Positions 1-9,898 of a stretch of DNA of 64,000 nucleotides are shown in pieces; within the stretch, counting starts at the first letter, position 1; each line of letters starts with the position of its first letter. The notes beneath the pieces are model-generated. The model saw only the letters and a program-made list of their open reading frames with translations, made no database searches and was not told the DNA's origin. The position numbers were made by a program, and so were the translations under genes. Source of the stretch: Paracoccaceae bacterium (GTDB taxonomy: Bacteria > Pseudomonadota > Alphaproteobacteria > Rhodobacterales > Rhodobacteraceae). Where the stretch lies: positions 8,430-72,429 of the forward strand of contig JAHEAO010000002.1 in assembly GCA_024642725.1 (NCBI GenBank). Reading direction: 5' to 3'.

Positions 1-418
1 CGCGATCCTGCGTGCCTTCACCTCGGATGTCTGGGTCGTGCAGATCGCCAGCTTTGTCACCGGTGGCATCATCGACGCCAAGTTCTTCGGCGTTCTGGCG
101 ATGTTCGGATCGATCTTCGTGATGGTTCTGGTGCCGTGGCTTGATACCTCAAGCGTCCGTTCGGGCCGCTACCGCCCGATGTTCCGCTGGTGGTTCTACC
201 TGCTGGTTATCGACTTCGTCGTCCTGATGTGGTGTGGCGCCATGCCGGCGGAACCGCCTTATTCGATCATTTCGCTGATCGGCGCCGCCTATTGGTTTGC
301 GTATTTCCTCGTTATCCTGCCAATCCTTGGCGTGATCGAGAAACCGCTGCCGCAACCTGCGACGATCGAAGAAGACTTCAATGACCATTATGCGCATGAT
401 GCGCATCCGGCCGAGTAA
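1..418 (+). CDS. petB: cytochrome b of the bc1 complex, C-terminal part (gene starts left of the window)
   Basis: The frame stays open to the window edge. The hydrophobic tail ...[46 protein letters not shown] is typical of the last helices of cytochrome b. Cytochrome c1 follows immediately, as in fbc/pet operons. Confidence 0.85.
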   Translation, partial: AILRAFTSDVWVVQIASFVTGGIIDAKFFGVLAMFGSIFVMVLVPWLDTSSVRSGRYRPMFRWWFYLLVIDFVVLMWCGAMPAEPPYSIISLIGAAYWFAYFLVILPILGVIEKPLPQPATIEEDFNDHYAHDAHPAE

Positions 419-434
419 GAAAGGATCAAGACCG

Positions 435-1217
435 ATGATCAGGAAACTTACCCTTTCTGTGCTCGCCGCGCTGGCCATGACCACTGGGGGCGCTTTCGCC
501 GCTGGCGGTGAAGGCGGCCATATCGAGAACATCGCTTTCTCGTTTGACGGCCCCTTCGGCACATACGACCAGGCCCAGCTTCAGCGTGGCCTTCAGGTCT
601 ACACCGAGGTCTGTTCGGCCTGCCACGGCCTGAAGTACGTTCCCTTCCGGGATCTTGAGGCACTGGGCTACGACGCCGCACAGGTCCGCGCTTATGCGGC
701 CAGGTTCGACATCTTTGATCCGGAACTGGAAGATACCCGGCCCGGACTGCCGACAGACCACTTCCCGAAATCCTCGCTGTCCAACGCACCGGACCTGTCG
801 ATGATGGCCAAGGCGCGTGCCGGCTTCCACGGACCCTTCGGGCTGGGGATCAACCAGCTCTTCAAGGGCATCGGCGGACCGGAATATATCGTTGCCCTGC
901 TGAACGGCTACACGGGTGAGGAAAAGGAACAGGCCGGGACGGTTCTATACGAAAACCACATCTTCCCGGGTGGTCTGATCGCCATGAGCCCGCCCCTGTC
1001 GGATGAGCTTGTCGAATATGCCGACGGTCATGCCAATGATGCGCATCATCTGGCAGTGGACGTTGCTGCCTTCCTGATGTGGGCGGCCGAACCCAAGATG
1101 ATGGCACGCAAGCACCTCGGCTTCATGAGCGTCTTCTTCCTCGGTTTCCTGGCAGTGCTTCTGTACCTGACCAACAAGCGCATCTGGGCGCCGGTCAAGG
1201 GCCGCAAGCAGGCCTGA
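435..1217 (+). CDS. petC: cytochrome c1 (bc1 complex)
   Basis: ATG at 435 gives a signal peptide, [22 protein letters not shown]. It has the CSACH heme-c motif and a C-terminal membrane anchor ([16 protein letters not shown]). The longer ORF start at 381 overlaps petB and is unlikely. Confidence 0.9.
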   Translation: MIRKLTLSVLAALAMTTGGAFAAGGEGGHIENIAFSFDGPFGTYDQAQLQRGLQVYTEVCSACHGLKYVPFRDLEALGYDAAQVRAYAARFDIFDPELEDTRPGLPTDHFPKSSLSNAPDLSMMAKARAGFHGPFGLGINQLFKGIGGPEYIVALLNGYTGEEKEQAGTVLYENHIFPGGLIAMSPPLSDELVEYADGHANDAHHLAVDVAAFLMWAAEPKMMARKHLGFMSVFFLGFLAVLLYLTNKRIWAPVKGRKQA

Positions 1218-1244
1218 AACCCAAGGCACTCAAAAAGACCTAGG

Positions 1245-1274
1245 AACGCGCCCTTCGGGGCGCGTTTCTTGTTT
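1245..1274. terminator. intrinsic terminator hairpin between convergent petC and thiQ
   Basis: aacgcgccc-ttcg-gggcgcgtt forms a 9-bp perfect stem with a GNRA-like loop, followed by tcttgttt. Confidence 0.7.
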
Positions 1275-1280
1275 CAGGGA

Positions 1281-1973
1281 TCACCCCAGATAGTCACGCA
1301 GATGATCTGGCGGATTGTCGAAAAGCTCTTTCGTTGGCACCGGGGCCGCGGCCACCCCGTCGGCAACGACGATCGTCTGATCTGCGATTCGCAACGCGTC
1401 TTCAGGGTTGTGGGTGACCATCAACACCGTCGCGCGCTCTGCCCGTGCAAGCTCTGCCACGAGGTCCAGCATTTCGACCCGCAAAGCCGGTCCGAGCGCT
1501 GCAAAGGGTTCGTCCAGCAGAATCAGCGGCTTGCCCCGAACAAGCACCCGCGCCAGCGTGACCCGGCTTTGTTGCCCGCCAGACAGCGCGGCTGGCTTGC
1601 GATCTTCCAGCCCCTGCAAACCAACTCGGTCCAGCGCTGTCCTGACCTTGCCCTTATCTGCGTCGGCCAGCCGCAATGACGGGCTGATGCCCAGCGCGAC
1701 ATTCTGAAGAGCCGTCAGATGCGGAAAAAGGTTGTTGTCCTGAAAGACGATCGACAGCGGTCGCTCACCGGGCGCGGCCTTGGTGATATCCCTGTCGTCC
1801 CATAGAACCTGCCCGGCGACCGGGGCAAAGAACCCCGAGATCACGCTCAGAAGTGTTGATTTCCCGGCCCCCGACGGCCCGATAACCGCGACGATTGCGC
1901 CGGTCGGGACAGTAAAGTCGGCTGTAAGCCGAAAATCGTCCTGCCGGATCTCCAGTCCGTCAACCGTCAGCAT
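1281..1973 (-). CDS. thiQ: thiamine ABC transporter ATP-binding protein
   Basis: Walker A GPSGAGKST, signature LSGGQQ and Walker B LILLDEP. It is the last gene of a riboswitch-controlled binding-protein/permease/ATPase operon. Confidence 0.8.
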   Translation of the reverse strand: MLTVDGLEIRQDDFRLTADFTVPTGAIVAVIGPSGAGKSTLLSVISGFFAPVAGQVLWDDRDITKAAPGERPLSIVFQDNNLFPHLTALQNVALGISPSLRLADADKGKVRTALDRVGLQGLEDRKPAALSGGQQSRVTLARVLVRGKPLILLDEPFAALGPALRVEMLDLVAELARAERATVLMVTHNPEDALRIADQTIVVADGVAAAPVPTKELFDNPPDHLRDYLG

Positions 1974-3531
1974 TGATACGTCCCCCGCGATCGAACAGCC
2001 AGAACAGCGCCAGCGACAGTGCCAGCAGCAAAAGCCCCGCCGCCGCCGCCGCCTCTGTCTGATAGGCCGCCATCAGACGGTACATCTGCAGCGGCAATGT
2101 CGCGGCCTGCGGATCGGCGAACAAGGCCACGACACCCAAATCGCCCATGCTCAGCGCTGCCGCCAGACCCGCGGCGAAGCCCACAGGCCCGCGCAATCTT
2201 GGCAGGTAGAGATGCCTGATCCTTGCCCAGCCAAGAAGTGAAAGGCTGTCGGCAAGCTGCCCGAACTGGCGATCCACCTGCGCAACAGCCGGAACCAGAA
2301 TACGCAGCGCGAACGGCAGGCTCATCAGTGCATTCACCAGCGCGGTGATCGGCAAGGCGATCGAAACAGGGTCTACATATGGATAGATGAGGATGAAAAG
2401 CCCCGTTCCTACGACCAAAGGGGACGCGGAAATCGCAAGATACCCAACGCCCTCAAGCATTCTCTTGGCGAGTGTGCCACGCATGGCGGCGATGGCAAAG
2501 GACAGCGCCAGCGACAGGACAACCGTCAGCCCCGCCGCACAAAGTGCAACGACCACGGATCTTGCTGCGGCGCTTCCAACCGACGCCGGCAGCCTAGGCA
2601 GACCGCGGACCCCATCAAGCGCCACCATCCCCAGCGGCACCAGCAGAAACAACGCCGCCGATAGGATCAAGCCTGCGTCGAGCCAGCGCAGGGCGATTCC
2701 GCGGGCATCCCAGCGCTCGACAGTGCGATCCAGCCCTGCGCCGCCGACCTCAGGCACCTGAACCCACATGGCAACGGCTGCAGCGACAGCACAGATCGCG
2801 AATTGCAAAAGACCCAGAAGCGCCGCGCTTGCAAGGTCGAATTCAAACCGGAAGGCCTGGTAGATTGCCAGTTCCACGGTCGTGGCCTTCGGTCCTCCGC
2901 CCAGCGCGAGCGCCACGGCAAAACTCGTGGTGCAAATCAGGAAGATCACCATGAACGCGCCGGGTACGGTGGCCTTCAGCATCGGGCGCTCCAGAACCCG
3001 CGCCACATCCCCTGTGGTAAACCCCAGCGACCCGGCCAACCTGAACCGCTCTGCGGGGATCGACGACCAGCCTTGCAAGATCAGCCGCGTCGCCAGTGGC
3101 AGATTGAAGAACACATGCGCCAGCACCACTCCGTGCAGGCCATAGATCTGGATCTGCGGCAAGCCAACGGTTTCGAAAAGGTGACTAACAAGGCCATTTC
3201 GCCCGAAAACGGCCAGCAACCCAAAGACCGCGACGATAACCGGCAGGATGAACGGTGCACCGAGTATCGTGATCAGGGCTGCCCGCCCCGCGAATCTGCG
3301 CCGCGCCAGCGCACGGGCCACCGGAACAGCCAGCGCCGTGCTGATGGCTGCCGACAGAAGCGCCTGCAACAGCGTGAAGCGCACCGCGGCCCAATCGGAT
3401 CCGGTCAGACCGGCCCAGCCTTCGGCGCGAAGCGCAACTGCCGCCAATGTGCCAAGCGTCAGCGCCGCCACGAGAAGTGCGGCGCCGACACCCGGCCAAA
3501 GCCGGATCAGCGGCTGAGCGCGTTCAGCCAT
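1960..3531 (-). CDS. thiP: thiamine/thiamine-pyrophosphate ABC transporter permease (duplicated two-domain permease)
   Basis: A 523-aa polytopic membrane protein. It overlaps thiQ and thiB at both ends, and its size fits the fused double permease of ThiP/iron(III)-type importers. Confidence 0.8.
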   Translation of the reverse strand: MAERAQPLIRLWPGVGAALLVAALTLGTLAAVALRAEGWAGLTGSDWAAVRFTLLQALLSAAISTALAVPVARALARRRFAGRAALITILGAPFILPVIVAVFGLLAVFGRNGLVSHLFETVGLPQIQIYGLHGVVLAHVFFNLPLATRLILQGWSSIPAERFRLAGSLGFTTGDVARVLERPMLKATVPGAFMVIFLICTTSFAVALALGGGPKATTVELAIYQAFRFEFDLASAALLGLLQFAICAVAAAVAMWVQVPEVGGAGLDRTVERWDARGIALRWLDAGLILSAALFLLVPLGMVALDGVRGLPRLPASVGSAAARSVVVALCAAGLTVVLSLALSFAIAAMRGTLAKRMLEGVGYLAISASPLVVGTGLFILIYPYVDPVSIALPITALVNALMSLPFALRILVPAVAQVDRQFGQLADSLSLLGWARIRHLYLPRLRGPVGFAAGLAAALSMGDLGVVALFADPQAATLPLQMYRLMAAYQTEAAAAAGLLLLALSLALFWLFDRGGRINADG

Positions 3532-4502
3532 TCCTGCAACGCCTCGTCCCTGACCTGCGCGGCTTCCGCTGCCGGGTACAGAAGCGACTTTTCCGGTTTC
3601 GCCAACGTGTCAAACCCCTTCGGCAGCCCTGCGGCGGGCAATCGGGCCGGGTACATCCAGTTGGTTTCCGGGATTACGGCCTGAAACGCATCGCTCAGGA
3701 TGAAGGCCATGAACTGATCGGCCAGCGCGGGCTGGTCGGTCGCGGCAACCTTGGCCGCCACCTCGATCTGCATATAGTGCCCCTCCGTGAAGGCAGCCGC
3801 ATGCTTGCTGTCGTCATTTTCAGCGATCAGGTGATAGGCGGGCGATGTCGTGTAAGACAGGACCATGTCCGCCTCGCCGTCCAAGAACATGCCATAGGCC
3901 TCTGACCAGCCCTTGGTCACCGTCACGATATTGTCCGCCAGCCCTTCCCAGATCTCCGTGGCACGCGGCCCGTAAGCCGACTTGATCCAAAGCAAGAGCC
4001 CAAGACCCGGTGTCGAGGATCGGGGATCCTGAATCACGATCTTGAGATCGCTCGCAGCCAGTTCCTCAAAGGATTTTGGCGGGTTAGAGACTGTATTCTC
4101 GTCAAACACAAATGCGAAGTAGCCCCAGTCGAATGGCACGAAGGTCTCGTCCGAAAACGCAACTGGCAGGTCCAGGGCATCAAGGACCAGCCCGTGCGGC
4201 GCGAAAATGCCGGTCTCTGCAGCGCTGGCGGTCAGGTTGGTATCCAGCCCCAGCACGATATCGGCGTCGGTCCGCGCCCCTTCCAGCCGGACACGGGCCA
4301 GAACGGCCGCGCCGTCCCCTGCGGTCACGAATTGCAGGTCGCAGCCGCATTCCGCCTCGAACGCCTGTTCGATCTGCGGTCCCGGCCCCCAGTCCGAGGC
4401 AAAGCTGTCATAGGTATAAACGCTCAGAACGGGTTTCTCCTCTGCCATGGCCACGCTGGCCAGTGTCAGAAGTCCCGTCGCGATCAGAGTTGCTTTCATC
4501 AT
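3507..4502 (-). CDS. thiB: thiamine-binding periplasmic protein
   Basis: Signal peptide MMKATLIATGLLTLASVAMA on a roughly 330-aa solute-binding protein. It is the first gene after a TPP riboswitch. The second ATG (4499) has better SD spacing. Confidence 0.8.
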   Translation of the reverse strand: MMKATLIATGLLTLASVAMAEEKPVLSVYTYDSFASDWGPGPQIEQAFEAECGCDLQFVTAGDGAAVLARVRLEGARTDADIVLGLDTNLTASAAETGIFAPHGLVLDALDLPVAFSDETFVPFDWGYFAFVFDENTVSNPPKSFEELAASDLKIVIQDPRSSTPGLGLLLWIKSAYGPRATEIWEGLADNIVTVTKGWSEAYGMFLDGEADMVLSYTTSPAYHLIAENDDSKHAAAFTEGHYMQIEVAAKVAATDQPALADQFMAFILSDAFQAVIPETNWMYPARLPAAGLPKGFDTLAKPEKSLLYPAAEAAQVRDEALQEWLNALSR

Positions 4503-4539
4503 CTCTCCATTTGCGAACGGGCGGGGTTCGGGTGGAGAA

Positions 4540-4632
4540 AGATCTCACCTTCCCTCCGCCGGTGTTAGCCGGTTCAGGTTCAACGGGTCCGCTTGCGCAT
4601 CTCAGCACCGGAACAAGTCCGGTGCACCCCGA
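4540..4632 (-). promoter_or_regulatory. TPP (THI-box) riboswitch in the thiB leader
   Basis: The minus strand reads GGGGTGCaccggacttgttccggtGCTGAGAtgcgcaagcggACCCGTTGAACCTGAaCCGGcTAAcACCGGCGGAGGGAAGG. This matches the conserved THI element core (GGGGUGC..CUGAGA..ACCC.UUGAACCUGA.C.GG.UAA..CC.GCG.AGGGA). Confidence 0.85.
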
Positions 4633-4732
4633 GGTAAGGTTGTATCTATGCCCCAAACCGGATCGCGGCAAGGCAAAACCCCTTGAGGCAGGGCAAAGCC
4701 CCGGCTAGACCGCTTGCAAAGGAGCGCCCGAA

Positions 4733-5836
4733 ATGAGCCTGAACACCTTTGGCCACCTCTTCCGCGTCACCACCTGGGGTGAATCGCACGGCCCCGCCCT
4801 GGGCGCGACCGTCGACGGCTGCCCGCCGGGCGTCCCGCTGGAGGCGTCGATGATCCAGCACTGGCTCGACCTGCGCAAACCGGGGCAGAACAAATACACC
4901 ACCCAGCGGCGTGAGGCCGATGAGGTCGAGATCCTGTCCGGCGTCTATGAAGGCCATACGACCGGCACACCGATCCAGTTGATGATCCGCAACACCGACC
5001 AGCGGTCCAAGGACTATGGCGACATCGCCGAAAAGTTCCGCCCCGGTCATGCCGACATTACCTACTGGCAGAAATACGGCATCCGCGATCCGCGCGGCGG
5101 CGGCCGGTCCTCGGCCCGCGAAACCGCAGCACGCGTTGCGGCCGGCGGCGTGGCACGCGAGGCGGTCAGGGCCTTGGTGCCCGGCCTGCAGATCAAGGGC
5201 TACATGGTGCAGATGGGACCACACCAGATTGACCGGGATCGCTTCGACTGGGACCAAATCGACGCCAATCCGTTCTGGACGCCAGACGCAGTGGCGGCGG
5301 CGGACTGGGCCGGCTATCTCGATGGCCTTCGTAAATCGGGAAGTTCTGTCGGTGCCGTGATCGAGGTCGTCGCCAAAGGTGCGCCGGCTGGCCTCGGTGC
5401 GCCGATTTATGCCAAGTTAGATACTGATATCGCTGCCGCAATGATGTCTATCAATGCGGTCAAGGGCGTCGAGATCGGCGAGGGCATGGCGGCCGCAACC
5501 CTGACAGGCGAAGCCAATGCGGATGAGATCTTCATGGGCAATGACGGCAAGCCGCGGTTTTCATCGAACCATGCCGGCGGTATCCTGGGCGGAATCTCGA
5601 CAGGTCAGGACATCGTCACGCGGTTCGCCGTCAAGCCGACCAGTTCGATCCTGACGCCCCGCAAGACCATAACAAAGTCGGGCGCGGAAACAGAGATCGT
5701 CACCAAGGGCCGGCATGATCCTTGCGTCGGCATTCGTGCCGTCCCGGTGGGAGAGGCGATGATGGCCTGCGTCATCCTCGACCATCTTCTGCTGCACCGC
5801 GGGCAAATCGGCGATACGGCCGGCAAGATAGGCTAG
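4733..5836 (+). CDS. aroC: chorismate synthase
   Basis: A 367-aa protein with a characteristic N-terminus, [19 protein letters not shown], and ...[10 protein letters not shown]...GRHDPCV motifs. Confidence 0.95.
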   Translation: MSLNTFGHLFRVTTWGESHGPALGATVDGCPPGVPLEASMIQHWLDLRKPGQNKYTTQRREADEVEILSGVYEGHTTGTPIQLMIRNTDQRSKDYGDIAEKFRPGHADITYWQKYGIRDPRGGGRSSARETAARVAAGGVAREAVRALVPGLQIKGYMVQMGPHQIDRDRFDWDQIDANPFWTPDAVAAADWAGYLDGLRKSGSSVGAVIEVVAKGAPAGLGAPIYAKLDTDIAAAMMSINAVKGVEIGEGMAAATLTGEANADEIFMGNDGKPRFSSNHAGGILGGISTGQDIVTRFAVKPTSSILTPRKTITKSGAETEIVTKGRHDPCVGIRAVPVGEAMMACVILDHLLLHRGQIGDTAGKIG

Positions 5837-6255
5837 GACGTGGCCGCGCCCAGAGCGGTGTCCATCAGCGCCTTGATATCCTTGCGCGATGTTCCCGCCA
5901 CGATCCGACCGAGTTCCTGGTTGCCTTTCAGAACGACCAGCGTCGAACGCCGTGGAATGTTCAGCGACTTGGTCAGATCATCGTCCGCGTAGCTGTCCCA
6001 GTCGATCGAAACGAACGTCACATTATCCAGATAGGCGGGGTTCTCTGCCTGCAACGTCTTGATGACACTGGCTTGCGCCCGGCAGGTCGAACACCAGCTG
6101 GCGCTGAAATCCAGAAACAGCGTCTCCCCCGCCGCCAGACGCTTGGTCACCATCCCCGGCTCATACTCGATACCGGTGTCGAACCCGGCAAGGGCCGGAA
6201 GTGCCGGCACCGTGCTAACCGCCGCCGTCAGGATCAGGAAGTCTCTGCGAAACAT
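5833..6255 (-). CDS. exported thioredoxin-fold protein (TlpA/thioredoxin family)
   Basis: WCSTC redox motif. The N-terminus [24 protein letters not shown] looks like a Tat-type signal. Good SD (aggaga). A CcdA-type membrane protein lies upstream. Confidence 0.75.
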   Translation of the reverse strand: MFRRDFLILTAAVSTVPALPALAGFDTGIEYEPGMVTKRLAAGETLFLDFSASWCSTCRAQASVIKTLQAENPAYLDNVTFVSIDWDSYADDDLTKSLNIPRRSTLVVLKGNQELGRIVAGTSRKDIKALMDTALGAATS

Positions 6256-6276
6256 CGGAATTCTCCTATTTAGATA

Positions 6277-6990
6277 CTAGAATCGGACGGACAGGCCGAT
6301 GAGCCATTCCGGCATGTTGTCCAGCGCCCAGCCCTCGATGACGTGATGAACACGCAACAGAAGCGCAAGCCCGACAGCCACGAAGACGCCGCCCATGATC
6401 GGCCGGGAAAGCGTCGCCATGCGCCGCATGAGAGCCTGACGCCGCTGGATCGCTGACCGCGCGCCATAGCCAAGGCCGATGACGACAGTCGATACGCCCA
6501 GCGCGAACGTCAGCATGATCGCAAATGCCAGCCCAAGGCTTTCGCCGGAACTGGCAAGCCCGATGGCCCCGCCCAATGTCGGCCCGATGCATGGGCTCCA
6601 TACTGCGCCAAGCAGCATCCCTCCAAGCATCTGCCCTGCAAACCCGTCCCGATTGACCAGGTCCATCCGCGAATCCGCCTCGGCAGAAATACCGGCAGTG
6701 GCACTGGCAAAACGCGAAGACGCCTGCGGGAGCAGCAGAACCAGACCGAAGCCAATCATCAGAACCGCTCCGGCATCAGCCACCATTTCCTCGGTAATGC
6801 CGATGCTTCGACCCAGAACCGTGACGAGCATCCCCAGCGTAATGAACGAAAGGCTCATCCCCAGCGCGACCGCGACCGGCCCGGCGCGACCGTCCTGCAA
6901 GGATGTCGCAAGGACAATCGGCAAGATCGGCAGGACACAAGGGTTGATCAGTGTCAGAAGCCCGGCGAGATATGCAAAAACCAATTCCAT
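6277..6990 (-). CDS. cytochrome c biogenesis / thiol-disulfide electron transfer membrane protein (CcdA/DsbD-core family)
   Basis: A 237-aa, six-TM-type protein. Conserved Cys residues sit in the first TM (LINPCVLPILP) and the fourth (VWSPCIGPTLG), the CcdA hallmark. Confidence 0.8.
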   Translation of the reverse strand: MELVFAYLAGLLTLINPCVLPILPIVLATSLQDGRAGPVAVALGMSLSFITLGMLVTVLGRSIGITEEMVADAGAVLMIGFGLVLLLPQASSRFASATAGISAEADSRMDLVNRDGFAGQMLGGMLLGAVWSPCIGPTLGGAIGLASSGESLGLAFAIMLTFALGVSTVVIGLGYGARSAIQRRQALMRRMATLSRPIMGGVFVAVGLALLLRVHHVIEGWALDNMPEWLIGLSVRF

Positions 6991-7048
6991 CCGCTCAGGC
7001 TTAAGCGCTTGGCCTTGGTCCTGTCACCAAAACTCGGGTTACATTCGA

Positions 7049-7927
7049 TCAAATGCGCGTCACCGGTGGTCTCTTTGAGATCTGCACCGCAAGGATGCCG
7101 GCGGCGATGATGACGACGCCCAGGAGATCGAGCGGCCCGAGAGCCTCACCCAAAAGCGCAGATGCGATGGCCACCCCGAAGAAGGGATTGAGGAAATGAA
7201 ACGTCGCCGCGCGAACCGCTCCGATCCGGTTCACAAGCGTGAACCAGACCCATGTCGCCACCAGCCCGGGAACCAGCGTCGTATAGCTGAAGGCTGCGAT
7301 CAGCCGCCATGTCCAGTTGACCTCCCAGCTTTCAGTCAGAACCGCAACCACGGCCAGCGCCGCGCTGCCAACCAACATCTGCAACCCGACGATCATCAGC
7401 ACATTGCCGCCCGAAGACGCGCCGCGAACCGTCAGCGTGGCTATGGCCAGCGCCGCCACTCCGATCAGGCACAGGGCAACGCCGTAGGGGTCGGTCCCGT
7501 CACCCAGCCGCGTTCCCATGATGATCGCAACGCCGACCAAACCTGCAACCAGCCCGGCCAGCCCCAGCGGGCGAACCTTGTCGCCGAACACGATCCACCC
7601 GAGAAGCGCGACCAGAAGCGGCATGGTCGATGCGATGATCGCCGCCAGTGACGCCTCGACTGTCCGCATCGCCACGAAATAGGCACCAAGGTAGATGGCG
7701 TTCTGGCATATTCCGAAGATCAGGGTCGATTTTCGCTGCGCCTTTGTCAGGTGCCAGCTTTGGCCCAGAGCGCGGGCGATACCGATGGCCAGCAGGCCCG
7801 ATATCAGGAAGCGGATGGCCAGCGCCGTCACAGGCGGCGCATCCAGCACGATGATCCGGGCGGAGGTAAAGGCAGAAGACCACATGAAGGCAAAGGCAAG
7901 CCCCATGCCTATAGCGCGAAAATCCAT
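7049..7927 (-). CDS. DMT superfamily (EamA-type) transporter
   Basis: A 292-aa protein with about 10 hydrophobic segments in two repeated halves, typical of EamA duplication. Confidence 0.75.
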   Translation of the reverse strand: MDFRAIGMGLAFAFMWSSAFTSARIIVLDAPPVTALAIRFLISGLLAIGIARALGQSWHLTKAQRKSTLIFGICQNAIYLGAYFVAMRTVEASLAAIIASTMPLLVALLGWIVFGDKVRPLGLAGLVAGLVGVAIIMGTRLGDGTDPYGVALCLIGVAALAIATLTVRGASSGGNVLMIVGLQMLVGSAALAVVAVLTESWEVNWTWRLIAAFSYTTLVPGLVATWVWFTLVNRIGAVRAATFHFLNPFFGVAIASALLGEALGPLDLLGVVIIAAGILAVQISKRPPVTRI

Positions 7928-7941
7928 ACCTACCTCAACGT

Positions 7942-7969
7942 AAAAGGGCCGCCCGCCGGGCGACCCTTT
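7942..7969 (-). terminator. intrinsic terminator after the HU gene
   Basis: The minus strand reads aaagggtcgcc-cggc-gggcggccctttt. This is a GC-rich stem with one mismatch, followed by a T run. Confidence 0.55.
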
Positions 7970-7993
7970 CGCATATCGAAGCGGAAGGCAATG

Positions 7994-8281
7994 TCAGTCG
8001 TTGACGCTGTCCTTGAGAGCCTTGGCAATGGTCATCTTGACCACCTTGTCGGCATCCTTGTGGATCTGCTCGCCTGTGGCGGGGTTGCGTACCATGCGGG
8101 CCGGACGCGCGCGGCACATGATCTTGCCGACGCCCGGAAGCGTGACCGAACCACCTGCAGATACTTCCTTGGTGATGATTGCGATGATCGCGTCAAGTGC
8201 GGCAGCGCCCGTCTTCTTGTCGGTTCCCATTTCGTCGGCCATTGCAGCCACGAGCTGGGTCTTTGTCATTGGTTTCGCCAT
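7994..8281 (-). CDS. HU-family nucleoid DNA-binding protein
   Basis: From the ATG at 8281 (SD gaggag upstream) the protein is MAKPMTKTQLVAAMADEMGTDKKTGAAALDAIIAIITKEV...RNPATGEQI. This is the HU/IHF fold signature. The 130-aa ORF start is an upstream extension. Confidence 0.85.
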   Translation of the reverse strand: MAKPMTKTQLVAAMADEMGTDKKTGAAALDAIIAIITKEVSAGGSVTLPGVGKIMCRARPARMVRNPATGEQIHKDADKVVKMTIAKALKDSVND

Positions 8282-8413
8282 GTATGTTCTCCTCGTCCTC
8301 CCCTGAACTTGGGGCTTATTCGCAGAATCTAACGGAATATTGAGGGCAGACACAACAATTTGTGTGCACTTTGGGCGGAAAAACACGCATTTTGTGGGTA
8401 AATTGCCCTTAGG

Positions 8414-9898
8414 TTATAGGAATGCGGTCTCTTCAAAGCTCCTCAGCTTGCGCGAATGGATACGTTCCAGTGGCATCTCGCGGAGCGTCTCCATCGCCTG
8501 AATCCCGATCAGAAGGTGCCGCGCGACCTGTGTCTTGTAGAAATCCGATGCCATTCCGGGCAGTTTCAGTTCTCCATGCAGCGGCTTGTCAGAGACGCAA
8601 AGCAGGGTTCCATAGGGCACCCGGAAGCGGAAACCATTGGCCGCAATCGTTGCGCTTTCCATGTCCAGCGCAATCGCGCGGGACTGTGACAAGCGCTGCA
8701 CCGGACCCGACTGATCGCGCAATTCCCAGTTCCGGTTGTCGATCGTGGCCACGGTTCCGGTCCGCATGATCCGCTTCAGCTCGTAGCCTTCCAGCATCGT
8801 CACCGCCTCGACCGCATCCTCCAGCGCAATCTGGATCTCGGCCAGCGGCGGGATTGGCACCCAGACGGGCAGGTCATCGTTCAGAACGTTGTCCTCGCGC
8901 AGATAGGCATGGGCCAGAACGAAATCCCCCAGCCGCTGACTGTTGCGCAGCCCGGCGCAATGGCCGACCATCAGCCAGGCATGCGGACGAAGCACAGCGA
9001 TATGATCCGTCGCGGTCTTCGCATTCGATGGGCCAACGCCGATATTGACCAGAGTTATGCCACCGCTGCCCTTGCGCTTGAGGTGATAGGTCGGCATCTG
9101 CGGCAGTTTCGCCGGGGCCTCCATTTGGTCTTTCGGGCCCGTGATAGACACGTTTCCGGGGCCAACAAACTCTGTATAGCCGCTGTTCGGGTCGCCCAGA
9201 ACCATCCGCGCGTAGGCCTCGAATTCCTCGACATAGAACTGGTAGTTCGTGAACAGCACGTGGTTCTGGAAATGCTCGGCATCGGTTGCGGTGTAATGCG
9301 ACAGCCGCGCCAGCGAATAATCCACCCGCTGCGCGGTGAACGGCGCAAGCGGCGATGACCCGTCGGGATAATGGAACCCGTAGCCATTCACGATATCGTC
9401 ATGCGTTGTCGCCAGATCCGGCACATCAAAGACATCTCGCAGGGTGAACTGCATTACCCCTTCATGCGGGACGGTCACATTCGCCTCGTTCGCAACCGCG
9501 AAATGCACCGGCATCGGCGTTCCCGACGCGCCGATCACAACCGGAACGCCGTGGTTCCGGATCAACAGTTCGATCTGCTGCTTGAGATAGTTGGCGAATA
9601 GATCCGGCCGCGTTACCGTGGTCGAATATGTACCGGGAACGGCAACATGACCGAAGCTAAGACGGCTGTCGGCCGCCGCATAGCTTGTCGTCGTCATCCG
9701 GATCTCGGGATAGAAGGCGCGATACCGCGTTGGCGGCTTCGGACCGGTAACCGTTTCCGAAAACCTGTCGCTCAAGAAATCAATCGACGCCCGATAGATC
9801 TCTGTCAGTCGCTCCACGGCGGCGCCGGCATCAAAGAACGCCTCTGGCGCCGGGGCCCTCGGGGTCTCGATCGGCAGGTTCGGCTCTGTTGCGTCCAT
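8414..9898 (-). CDS. amn: AMP nucleosidase
   Basis: About 494 aa. The C-terminal nucleoside-phosphorylase-like domain (GVGPSNAKTATDH...LDMESATIAANGFRFRVPYGTLLCVSDKPLHGE) is typical of Amn. Its ATG at 9898 shares one base with the ade stop codon. Confidence 0.85.
   Translation of the reverse strand: MDATEPNLPIETPRAPAPEAFFDAGAAVERLTEIYRASIDFLSDRFSETVTGPKPPTRYRAFYPEIRMTTTSYAAADSRLSFGHVAVPGTYSTTVTRPDLFANYLKQQIELLIRNHGVPVVIGASGTPMPVHFAVANEANVTVPHEGVMQFTLRDVFDVPDLATTHDDIVNGYGFHYPDGSSPLAPFTAQRVDYSLARLSHYTATDAEHFQNHVLFTNYQFYVEEFEAYARMVLGDPNSGYTEFVGPGNVSITGPKDQMEAPAKLPQMPTYHLKRKGSGGITLVNIGVGPSNAKTATDHIAVLRPHAWLMVGHCAGLRNSQRLGDFVLAHAYLREDNVLNDDLPVWVPIPPLAEIQIALEDAVEAVTMLEGYELKRIMRTGTVATIDNRNWELRDQSGPVQRLSQSRAIALDMESATIAANGFRFRVPYGTLLCVSDKPLHGELKLPGMASDFYKTQVARHLLIGIQAMETLREMPLERIHSRKLRSFEETAFL

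Noticed and set aside
381-434. 18-codon upstream extension of cytochrome c1
   Set aside because: It overlaps the petB stop region. The ATG at 435 begins a canonical signal peptide.
4112-4708. 198-aa plus-strand ORF running from inside thiB across the riboswitch
   Set aside because: It is antisense to thiB and to a confidently recognised TPP riboswitch, with shadow composition.
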